From the NCBI GenBank assembly GCA_900551105.1, contig URUT01000001.1, positions 857 to 64,856 of the forward strand: a DNA stretch of 64,000 nt. Reading direction: 5' to 3'. The DNA is from an uncultured Mycoplasmatota bacterium. Lineage in GTDB: Bacteria > Bacillota_I > Bacilli_A > RF39 > UBA660. Position numbers and translations under genes: made by a program. Shown piece by piece: positions 19,976 to 27,123 of this stretch. How positions within the stretch are numbered: the stretch's first letter is position 1; every line of letters begins with the position of its first letter. The notes below the pieces were generated by a model that saw only the letters and a program-made list of their open reading frames with translations, was not told the origin of the DNA and did not search any database.

Positions 19976-20049
19976 GCTGATTTAGTTTAGTGGTAGAATA
20001 GAAGCATGGTAAGCTTCAGAGGACTGTTCAATTCAGTCATTCAGCACCA
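19976..20049 (+). tRNA. tRNA-Thr(GGU), atypical arms
   Basis: A 74-nt cloverleaf by hand folding. Acceptor GCTGATT / ATTCAGC has one U.U mismatch. The D-loop contains GG. The anticodon stem GAAGC / GCTTC encloses loop AU-GGU-AA. The variable loop is 4 nt. T-arm GACTG-TTCAATT-CAGTC, then discriminator A and an encoded CCA. The D-stem has two G.U pairs. Confidence 0.6.
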
Positions 20050-20059
20050 GATTGCTACC

Positions 20060-20101
20060 AAACTCGAACTTTTCAATTTTTTTGATTAGTTCGAGTTTTA
20101 A
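20060..20101 (+). terminator. intrinsic terminator after the tRNA
   Basis: Ten-bp stem AAACTCGAAC / GTTCGAGTTT with a T-rich loop, then TTT. Confidence 0.5.
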
Positions 20102-20168
20102 TATACTTTAATATGATAAAGTAACAATAGAAAAAAAGGAATCTTAAAACTATGGTCAGGGGGTCTTA

Positions 20169-21056
20169 ATGAAACAAGAAATAATAAAGTCAGAATTAGA
20201 TGTTAAAGGTAGTAAAATTAATGTAGTTAGAGTTGATGGATACGAATATATATCTCTAACCGATTTAGCAAGATATGCCGATGAGGATGATCCAAGATAT
20301 CCGATACAAAACTGGATGAGGAATAAAGATGTTATTTCTTATTTAGGCTTATGGGAAAGTATTAATAATGAAAACTTCAAAGGTGTCGAATTCGACACGT
20401 TTAAAAATGAAGCTGGTAGTAATAAATTTAAAATATCTCCCCAAAAGTGGATTAGGGAAACAAATGCAGTAGGAATGATTTCCAAATCAGGTAATAATGG
20501 TGGAACATATGCTAGAAGTGATATAGCATTTGAATTTGCAAGTTGGTTAAGTCCAGAGTTTAAATTATACTTAATTCAGGAATTTCAAAGATTAAAGAAA
20601 GATGAAGCATATCAAAACAAAATAGACTGGCATGCTAATAGAGTTTTAGCAAAAGTCAGTTATATAGTTCATACTGATGCTATCCAGAGTATTATTGTTC
20701 CTACTCTTACAGAGAAGCAAAAAAAATTCATTTATGCAGAAGAAGCAGATGTTCTAAATGTTGCATTGTTTGGCATAACTGCAAAAGAATGGAGAAATAA
20801 AAATCCAAAATTAGCTGAAAATGGCAATATAAGAGACTATACAGATTTACTACATCTAGTAATATTAAATAATCTAGAAAATATAAACGCAGAATTGATT
20901 AGAATGAATATAAAACAATCTGATAGACTTATTCAATTAAATGAATCAGCAAGAAATCAAATGGAAGCTTTAAGAAATAATAAGAATGTTAAGGAATTAG
21001 AAGTATTACAACAACAAGTAAATGAAGATAATAAATATTTAATTGAGAGTAAATAA
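20169..21056 (+). CDS. KilA-N domain protein (phage / mobile-element associated DNA-binding protein)
   Basis: N-terminal KilA-N pattern (VVRVDGYEYISLTDLARYA...W....V..YLGLWESINN...F...K...I.A.K..WIRETNAVG) with a C-terminal coiled coil, in a 295-aa ORF. Confidence 0.6.
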   Translation: MKQEIIKSELDVKGSKINVVRVDGYEYISLTDLARYADEDDPRYPIQNWMRNKDVISYLGLWESINNENFKGVEFDTFKNEAGSNKFKISPQKWIRETNAVGMISKSGNNGGTYARSDIAFEFASWLSPEFKLYLIQEFQRLKKDEAYQNKIDWHANRVLAKVSYIVHTDAIQSIIVPTLTEKQKKFIYAEEADVLNVALFGITAKEWRNKNPKLAENGNIRDYTDLLHLVILNNLENINAELIRMNIKQSDRLIQLNESARNQMEALRNNKNVKELEVLQQQVNEDNKYLIESK

Positions 21057-21075
21057 AATACAATAAATGAGTTTT

Positions 21076-21105
21076 GATAGTTCCATATTGTGGAACTATT
21101 TTTAT
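21076..21105 (+). terminator. intrinsic terminator
   Basis: Stem AGTTCCA / TGGAACT with loop tattg, then ATTTTTAT. Confidence 0.55.
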
Positions 21106-21309
21106 CTTATTAATGGTGAATTTTTGTTAGAATAATTACGACCCATATATAACTCTTTTGTGTAATTTTTCTAGACATGACATATTATACAATAGGTTAA
21201 TATTTCGAATATCCAAATTGAAATTTATATTTATTTCTGATTTCACAATAAAAATACACATAATATAAAACCAACTTGTAAAAAAGCTGCTTTTGTGTTA
21301 CTATGAATA

Positions 21310-21426
21310 TGTCAAGGAAACTTGCATAAAATAAAAAAAGGGAATACTTAACTTTGCCGAGTTGAGTACTTGCCCATATTTATGGTAAAGCACTTAATCT
21401 ATGCTAGATTGAGTGCTGTTTTTCTT
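21310..21426 (+). ncRNA. small RNA, repeat-family copy 1: putative antisense RNA / antitoxin of a type I TA-like module
   Basis: Extended -10 promoter (TGtTACTAT at 21296-21304). The conserved 5' segment GTCAAGGAAACTTGCATAAAATAAAAAAGG follows. It ends with a 13-bp terminator hairpin AGCACTTAATCTA-tgc-TAGATTGAGTGCT plus a T-run (21389-21426). The same architecture recurs at about 21790 and about 25296, with compensatory changes in the stem. Confidence 0.5.
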
Positions 21427-21436
21427 ATATAGTTTA

Positions 21437-21520
21437 CTACTTTACTAAAGTAAAAAGTAAGGCTATTAGTAAGAAGATAATAATGATTAAAGAAGAGATT
21501 AAAAAATCTTTCTTGTGCAT
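21437..21520 (-). CDS. 27-aa hydrophobic peptide MHKKDFLISSLIIIIFLLIALLFTLVK, candidate type I toxin
   Basis: Strong SD GGAGG sits 9 nt before the ATG. The ORF is convergent with the + strand sRNA and ends 10 nt from its terminator hairpin. The SD can pair with an upstream CCTCC (CCTCC-aactatataaggaa-GGAGG) to form a sequestering hairpin. A paralogous peptide is at 21911-21982. Confidence 0.45.
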   Translation of the reverse strand: MHKKDFLISSLIIIIFLLIALLFTLVK

Positions 21521-21789
21521 AACTATCAGCCTCCTTCCTTATATAGTTGGAGGCAAGCACTCAACAGTTAAATATTTCCCTGTAAAAATTGTACTATATA
21601 AATTTTTACATAACAAGCGAACAATAGAAAATTTTTGTAAAAAATATTAAAATTATGTTAGTTAATAGTGATTATACTAACTATTTCTTTTACCCTAGAA
21701 ATTGTTCTACTTCTTCCTTTAGGACACTAAATTGTTTAATAATATAAAACCAACTTGTAAAAAAAGCTGCTTTTGTGTTATTATGAATA

Positions 21790-21901
21790 TGTCAAGGAAA
21801 CTTGCATAAAATAAAAAAGGAACATTCAATATTGCACTGTTGAGTGTAGCCAAAAATATGGGTTCCACCTAAATCATTGCTGAGTTAGGTGGATTTCTTT
21901 T
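21790..21901 (+). ncRNA. small RNA, repeat-family copy 2
   Basis: Extended -10 (TGtTATTAT, 21776-21784), the same conserved 5' segment, and a terminator hairpin CCACCTAAATCA-ttgc-TGAGTTAGGTGG (21865-21892) plus a T-run. The stem differs from copy 1 but still pairs. Confidence 0.5.
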
Positions 21902-21910
21902 ATATTAAAG

Positions 21911-21982
21911 CTATAAATAACAATAATAATAAAAGAAGATAATAATTACTAAAGCTAAGACTAAAAAATCTTTCTTATTCAT
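21911..21982 (-). CDS. 23-aa hydrophobic peptide MNKKDFLVLALVIIIFFYYYCYL, candidate type I toxin
   Basis: SD GGGAGG lies 8 nt before the ATG. The ORF is convergent with sRNA copy 2. Its N-terminus M.KKDFL and RBS context are conserved with the copy-1 peptide. Confidence 0.45.
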   Translation of the reverse strand: MNKKDFLVLALVIIIFFYYYCYL

Positions 21983-22107
21983 CTTTATCGCCTCCCTTCT
22001 TATTGAAGTTCGGCTCCATCCAACTTATTAAACGTTCCTTACTTGCAATGACAACAAACAAGTGTTTGAAATGTAAGATTTTTTTTAAGATGATTAAGGG
22101 TGATAAA

Positions 22108-23340
22108 ATGACAAAATATATAACTTTAAAAAACACTAATTTTGAAATTCTAGTTCCTGCAACATTAAAAACTTATGGAGAAGAAGTATTAAAATATTCA
22201 TCAAAAAAGTTAAAAGAATATTTATTGTTTTTTAAAGAGAAACCTAAGGATATAAAAATAAAAGGCTCCTTTTTAACCAATTATAGTGACTTTATAAATA
22301 GAATAAAAGAAGTATCAGGACCAAACGTTCAACTACCACCAGATTGGGCAACTGGCTGCTTTTATGGTGGTGAAATTCAAATTTTACTTGACGAAAATAA
22401 ACCATACGAAAAATTTACTACTCTTGCTCACGAAACATTTCATATATTATTTTCTAAATTCATTTATGAAAAATACAATATAAGTAGAATAGTATGGCTT
22501 GATGAAGCTCTAGCTAGTAGCTTTGATGGTACCACCGAAAAATTAATTAAAGATAATACTTTTAAAGACATAGTAAATAAATTAATAAATAATGAAAAAC
22601 TTCCTAAATTAAACAATTTATCTTTTGCTAAAGGCAACATCGTAAGCGATGAGTATAACGGCTATGACTTATTTAAAGTAGTTGGTAGATACCTAATTGA
22701 AACCAAAAGTAATTTACTGTCATATATCAAAAACGAAGAACAAATTTTAAACGATGGAGAAACTTTATTAGATGAAAGCATTAACTACTTTAAATCAAAA
22801 TATAATTTAAGCAAAAATTATTATTGGCTTTACAAAACACCAAAAAGCTTAGATGATTTAATCATGAATAGTGATGGTACATCTTTAACAAGGCTCTGCT
22901 TTATTAACTCTAAAGATGAAAAGAAATGTAGCTTAAATGGTATCAAAGAATTTTTACCAATTTTTAAAGAAACCTCTGCTTGGTTAGATATTTATTTTAA
23001 GGGGCAAATTCCAAATTTTACACCAAAATACAAAATAGATAATTTAACTCTATTTAGACAGGAAGTAATTGATATTATGAATACTATTCCTTACGGAAAA
23101 ACGATAACCTATAATGCCATTGCTAAATCTATTGCTAAAAAAAGGAAAATATCAAAAATGTCAGGGCAAGCAGTAGGTGGAGCCGTAGGATGGAACCCAA
23201 TTTGTATCATCATCCCATGTCATAGAGTAGTAGGAGCAAATGGCAATTTAACTGGCTATGGTGGCGGCCTAAACAATAAAATAGAACTTTTAAAAATAGA
23301 AAAAAATAATATGCAAGATTTTCATCTTCCGAAGATTTAG
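22108..23340 (+). CDS. fusion protein: N-terminal HExxH (zinc-metallopeptidase-like) domain plus C-terminal methylated-DNA--protein-cysteine methyltransferase (Ogt/MGMT) domain
   Basis: The C-terminal 90 aa carry the MGMT DNA-binding and active-site signature (IPYGKTITYNAIAKSI...SGQAVGGAVGWNPICIIIPCHRVVGANG...GYGGGLNNKIELLKIE). The N-terminal region of about 320 aa contains TLAHETFHILF (HExxH) and has no MGMT N-domain. The start is chosen at ATG 22108 (RBS AAGGGTGA); the ORF is open from 22003. Confidence 0.65.
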   Translation: MTKYITLKNTNFEILVPATLKTYGEEVLKYSSKKLKEYLLFFKEKPKDIKIKGSFLTNYSDFINRIKEVSGPNVQLPPDWATGCFYGGEIQILLDENKPYEKFTTLAHETFHILFSKFIYEKYNISRIVWLDEALASSFDGTTEKLIKDNTFKDIVNKLINNEKLPKLNNLSFAKGNIVSDEYNGYDLFKVVGRYLIETKSNLLSYIKNEEQILNDGETLLDESINYFKSKYNLSKNYYWLYKTPKSLDDLIMNSDGTSLTRLCFINSKDEKKCSLNGIKEFLPIFKETSAWLDIYFKGQIPNFTPKYKIDNLTLFRQEVIDIMNTIPYGKTITYNAIAKSIAKKRKISKMSGQAVGGAVGWNPICIIIPCHRVVGANGNLTGYGGGLNNKIELLKIEKNNMQDFHLPKI

Positions 23341-23388
23341 ATAGTATAATTTTCCTTAAACTACAAAAAATAAAAAGGGAGGAAAATT

Positions 23389-23604
23389 ATGAATAAAGTA
23401 CCAAATATAATTAGTACAAAAGATTTAGATTATCTAAGTGACATGTTTAACTGGAACTACGGCGCATACAAATCTTGCATCAATATGCTTGAAGAAATCA
23501 CTGATCAAAAGCTATGTAATTTAGCTTCAAAATGTGCAAAATTATTTGCAACTAACATGGATAATGTTTTAAACATTCTAGAAAGTGGTGAAGCAAATGA
23601 ATAA
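23389..23604 (+). CDS. CotF-like (Coat_F domain) spore coat protein, small
   Basis: Coat_F pattern (DLDYLSDMF..E..AYKSC....EEITDQKL) in a 71-aa ORF. It is paired and overlapping with the next Coat_F gene, as is typical. Confidence 0.5.
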   Translation: MNKVPNIISTKDLDYLSDMFNWNYGAYKSCINMLEEITDQKLCNLASKCAKLFATNMDNVLNILESGEANE

Positions 23605-23920
23605 AAATATGGTTCAAAATAAAAAAACAACCACGCCAAAAGGTATTTGTTTAAACGATAAAGATTATATGAATAGTATCTTATCATCTCTTAAAGAAAT
23701 GAGTAAGAATTACACAGTAGCGCTAACTGAAGCTAGTAATGAAACTTTATTTAAATCAATAAAAAAAGATTTTGACAATATCATTAAAATGCAAAGAGAA
23801 GTTTATGAAGAAATGTTTACAAATGGCTGGTATGCTTTAGAAAAATCTGAAACCACAAAAATCAAAACTAAATATGATATGTTATGTACTGAACTAAGTG
23901 ATTTAGAAAGTGAGGAATAA
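23585..23920 (+). CDS. CotF-like (Coat_F domain) spore coat protein
   Basis: LNDKDYMNSILSSLKEMSKNYTVALTEASNETLFKSIKKDF......EEMFTNGWY matches the Coat_F consensus (lnD.D.l...L...K...a....Ea.n..lr.....f......e.f..M...GWY). Confidence 0.6.
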   Translation: MVKQMNKNMVQNKKTTTPKGICLNDKDYMNSILSSLKEMSKNYTVALTEASNETLFKSIKKDFDNIIKMQREVYEEMFTNGWYALEKSETTKIKTKYDMLCTELSDLESEE

Positions 23921-23969
23921 TCCTCATTTTTTCTTTTATTTTATCAAAAACATGATATAATACTTATAT

Positions 23970-24045
23970 GCTGAAATAGCTCAATCGGTAGAGCAACGCC
24001 CTCGTAACGCGTAGGTTGTAGGTTCAAGTCCTATTTTCAGCACCA
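23970..24045 (+). tRNA. tRNA-Thr(CGU)
   Basis: A 76-nt canonical cloverleaf. Acceptor GCTGAAA / TTTCAGC is perfect. D-arm GCTC-AATCGGTA-GAGC. Anticodon loop CU-CGU-AA. T-arm GTAGG-TTCAAGT-CCTAT. Discriminator A and CCA are encoded. Confidence 0.85.
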
Positions 24046-24223
24046 TTAAAATGCTCAAAACCCTTAAAGTAGGGCTTTTTTGTGACTTTTTTTCAAAAGG
24101 TAAGGTAATTTTCCATACTTTTCATCTATTTCGTGTCAATTTTTTATTTAAATATTTCTAGTATTTCAAACTAATCTATGTTACAATTTACTTAACAAAT
24201 AAATAGTATAATATGGAGGAAAA

Positions 24224-25258
24224 ATGAAAAAGAAAACTTTATATATCTTATTTAGTGCTTTAATGATTATTGCACTAACAGGGTGCGGAAAAACCATCAC
24301 AAAAGAAAATAATGTTAAAATTAAAGATGCCGAAACTAAATCAATCAAATTCACGGACTTTGATAACGGTTTAATTAAAATGAAAGTACCTGACGGCTGG
24401 AAAGTTGACGTTTTAGGTGATTATATTCATTACACAGTTAAAGCATATAACCCTCAGAAACCAATTTATCAATTTTATTTTAACTTAAAGGTTGAAGGAT
24501 TTAATAAGAGTGAAGAAGCAAAAAAATGGCAACAAAAATATTATCCTGACAGCATATTTGCTAAAGCATCAGTTATTGCTACTAAAGATACTGAAGGATA
24601 TTACAAAATTTTTAACGATATGGGGCCTCTAAACAACACCGAAAAGTTTACATTCCCAACTCTAACTGATTTTACAGTAATTGAAAATCTTGGCCAAGGC
24701 GTTTTCGGTGGTGACACTTTAAGAGCAACCTTTAAAGATGCAAATAACGAAGAAGGGGAAGGCATCTTTACAGCATACGTTTATGATGCTGGACCATATT
24801 ATGTAAACGAAAATATAATATCTGGTAAAAAAATAGACACTTACTATTTAAGTGTATATGATTCAATATTTATTACAGCTCCAAAAGACGAATTTATCAA
24901 TTGGGAAGAAACCCTAAATACAATTGCTGGTTCACTAGAATTTACTGACACCTTTTTAAATGGATTTAATAAAGAACAAGATGCTGTAATGAAAAATTTC
25001 CAAAGTATCAGAAATATCTGTAATCAAATATCTGATGGAATTATGGACTCTTGGGCAAAAAGAAGTGCAAGCTTTGATATTATGAGTCAAAAACAAAGTG
25101 ATGCAACTCTTGGCTATGAAAGAGTTTATGATACTGAAACAAATGAAACCTATAAAGCATATAACGGATTTACCGATGACTATGATGGCGAAAGATATAA
25201 ATCAGTAACTGATGAAATGTATACTAAAGGAATCAGTGGTTATATTGAAAAGGATTAG
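24224..25258 (+). CDS. lipoprotein, hypothetical
   Basis: Signal peptide with lipobox LTGC (MKKKTLYILFSALMIIALTGCGK) in a 344-aa ORF. Confidence 0.55.
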   Translation: MKKKTLYILFSALMIIALTGCGKTITKENNVKIKDAETKSIKFTDFDNGLIKMKVPDGWKVDVLGDYIHYTVKAYNPQKPIYQFYFNLKVEGFNKSEEAKKWQQKYYPDSIFAKASVIATKDTEGYYKIFNDMGPLNNTEKFTFPTLTDFTVIENLGQGVFGGDTLRATFKDANNEEGEGIFTAYVYDAGPYYVNENIISGKKIDTYYLSVYDSIFITAPKDEFINWEETLNTIAGSLEFTDTFLNGFNKEQDAVMKNFQSIRNICNQISDGIMDSWAKRSASFDIMSQKQSDATLGYERVYDTETNETYKAYNGFTDDYDGERYKSVTDEMYTKGISGYIEKD

Positions 25259-25295
25259 AACTTGAAAAGAGATCTTCTTTTTTGTATAATGTATT

Positions 25296-25407
25296 TGTCA
25301 AGGAAACTTGCATAAAATAAAAAAGGAACATCTAATTTTAGCAGGTTGGGGGTTGTCGATATGTTGGTTTCACCTAAATCATTGCTGAGTTAGGTGATTT
25401 TCTTTTT
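25296..25407 (+). ncRNA. small RNA / 5' leader, repeat-family copy 3, upstream of the DUF1848-like gene
   Basis: Extended -10 (TGtATAAT, 25282-25290), the conserved GTCAAGGAAACTTGCATAAAATAAAAAAGGAACAT segment, and a terminator hairpin TCACCTAAATCA-ttgc-TGAGTTAGGTGA (25370-25397) plus T-run. This copy has no opposite-strand peptide ORF, and the next gene starts at 25472. Confidence 0.5.
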
Positions 25408-25471
25408 ATACTAAAACTACGAATAGTAATAATACTAATAGGAAGATAATAATGATTAAGGAGCGAAATCT

Positions 25472-26359
25472 ATGATTTTATTTGCTAGCGGTCGAACAGA
25501 CATACCTGCCTTTTACTCAAACTGGTTTCTAAATAGGGTAGATGCGGGCTTTGTAGATGTAAGAAATCCTTTTAACCCAAATCTAATAAGTAGAATTAAC
25601 TTTAGCGATGTAGATTTAATCATGTTTTGTAGTAAAAATCCGATACCAATAATTGATAAATTAGACAAAATAAAACTACCGTTATTATTTCACGTAACAA
25701 TAACGCCATACGGCCGTGACATTGAACCAAATATTATAGATAAAACTGGGATTATTGAAGGCGTAAAAAAACTATCTTTAAAACTGGGCATTGATAATGT
25801 CGTATTAAGATATGATCCCATCTTTCTAAGTGAAAAATATAACGTAGAATACCACATCAAAGCTTTTAATAAACTTTGCACAAAGCTAAATGGTTATGTT
25901 AATAAAGTAATCATCTCTTTTATGGACGAATATAAAAATGTAAAAAATAACAAAAACATCCTAAAATATCGCATTATTACTAAAGATGACTACAAACAAA
26001 TAGGTCTAGCTTTTAGTAAAATAGCCAGCAAAAATAATATGACCGTCCAAACTTGCTTTGAAGACAAAGACTTAATTGAATACGGCTTTATTAAAGGCGA
26101 ATGTCTTTCTCATGAACTCGCTTATTATTTAACTGGCAAAAAATATAAAACCTCAAACGTAAGAAAAGAAAAAAAGTGTTCCTGCGTGCAGATGGTTGAT
26201 ATTGGTGATTATAATTCATGCATGCACTTATGTAAATATTGCTATGCTAATTATGATGAAAAAGCTGTAAGTACCAATTTTAAAAATCATGACGATAACT
26301 CATCTTTACTAATTGGACACATTAAAGATAATGACACAATCAAAATCAGAACCAAATAA
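25472..26359 (+). CDS. DUF1848-like Cys-rich protein, uncharacterised
   Basis: N-terminus MILFASGRTDIPAFYSNWFLNRV and a C-terminal Cys cluster (CSCVQMV...CMHLCKYCYANY) in a 295-aa ORF. The RBS AAGGAG lies 8 nt upstream. The family name is from memory only. Confidence 0.4.
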   Translation: MILFASGRTDIPAFYSNWFLNRVDAGFVDVRNPFNPNLISRINFSDVDLIMFCSKNPIPIIDKLDKIKLPLLFHVTITPYGRDIEPNIIDKTGIIEGVKKLSLKLGIDNVVLRYDPIFLSEKYNVEYHIKAFNKLCTKLNGYVNKVIISFMDEYKNVKNNKNILKYRIITKDDYKQIGLAFSKIASKNNMTVQTCFEDKDLIEYGFIKGECLSHELAYYLTGKKYKTSNVRKEKKCSCVQMVDIGDYNSCMHLCKYCYANYDEKAVSTNFKNHDDNSSLLIGHIKDNDTIKIRTK

Positions 26360-26385
26360 AAAGGCTTAAACACTTCTTAAGCCTT

Positions 26386-26967
26386 TTAAATTGCATCAAT
26401 ATTATCAGGAAGTAGTTTATCTAAATAACCAATAACCTCTTCTTTAGTATATTTATTTTCAGTAATCCAATCTATTCCGACGTTAATAATTGCTCCTAAA
26501 TAAAACTTGATTATAATATCAGCAGGTACGTTAGACTTTGTACTACCTAAATCTAAAACTCTTTTACGAATATCTTTATTAACAACATCAATAATAATAT
26601 CCATCATCACGCCATTACGGTTATTAACCATTATTGCACTATAAATATTTTTCTTATCCTCAATATGCGTTAAAACCAACTTTATAAGTTCCATATAATA
26701 CTCTTTGGTATTTAAAATATTCTTATTTGTATCTAAATAACTAGTCAAACTATCTTTAAATGTATCTAAAAAATCTACTAAAAACTCATACTTATCTTCA
26801 AAGTGCGCATAAAAAGTAGAGCGGTTAACCAAAGCCTTATTACAAATCTCTGAAACCTTTATTTCTTCAAAAGTTCTATCCTTCATTAAATCAACAAGTG
26901 CTAAATATAATGCATTCTTAGTTTTTACAATTCTTAAATCCTTTTTTTCTTCTTTCATAACAATCAC
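26386..26967 (-). CDS. TetR/AcrR-family transcriptional regulator
   Basis: N-terminal TetR HTH (RIVKTKNALYLALVDLMKDRTFEEIKVSEICNKALVNRSTFYAHFEDK). It is divergent from the MMPL gene. Confidence 0.8.
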   Translation of the reverse strand: MIVMKEEKKDLRIVKTKNALYLALVDLMKDRTFEEIKVSEICNKALVNRSTFYAHFEDKYEFLVDFLDTFKDSLTSYLDTNKNILNTKEYYMELIKLVLTHIEDKKNIYSAIMVNNRNGVMMDIIIDVVNKDIRKRVLDLGSTKSNVPADIIIKFYLGAIINVGIDWITENKYTKEEVIGYLDKLLPDNIDAI

Positions 26968-27123
26968 AAGTCAATTATAACGCAAATAAGCAATTTTTCG
27001 CAAGATAAAGTACTGACTGTTGTTTAATTAGCAATACATATTTAACAAACTGTTGGAAAACATACAAAAAGCATAATTTTTATGTGTTATTTTTATTAAG
27101 TTGATAATAAAATGATTAACGAG

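Noticed and set aside
19976-20049. Dismissing the first tRNA-Thr as a tRNA fragment or pseudogene
   Set aside because: Despite the weak D-stem (two G.U pairs) and one acceptor mismatch, it has perfect anticodon and T-arms, U33/A37, GG in the D-loop, TTCAA in the T-loop, an encoded CCA, a consensus promoter and a terminator. I kept it as a probable functional tRNA with reduced confidence.
22003-22107. Upstream extension of the HExxH-MGMT ORF (MKFGSIQLIKRSLLAMTTNKCLKCKIFFKMIKGDK...)
   Set aside because: The extension has no RBS, and the region is needed for the divergent peptide-ORF promoter and SD. The internal ATG at 22108 has a good RBS (AAGGGTGA). I treat the extension as non-coding.
21285-25410. 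The three about 230-bp repeats as a CRISPR array, or as simple REP/MITE elements
   Set aside because: The units are about 480 bp and about 3.5 kb apart, not regularly spaced, and lack short direct repeats with unique spacers. Conserved promoter-terminator architecture with compensatory stem changes and associated peptide ORFs fits sRNA / TA modules better than passive repeats. A MITE origin cannot be fully excluded without genome-wide counts.
25412-25471. MIKERNL and MIKEEIKKSFLCI mini-ORFs as genuine small proteins
   Set aside because: They are too short, are not conserved in copy 2, and the copy-3 version overlaps the RBS and start of the DUF1848-like gene. More likely this is conserved nucleotide sequence of the RNA element, and at most a regulatory uORF.
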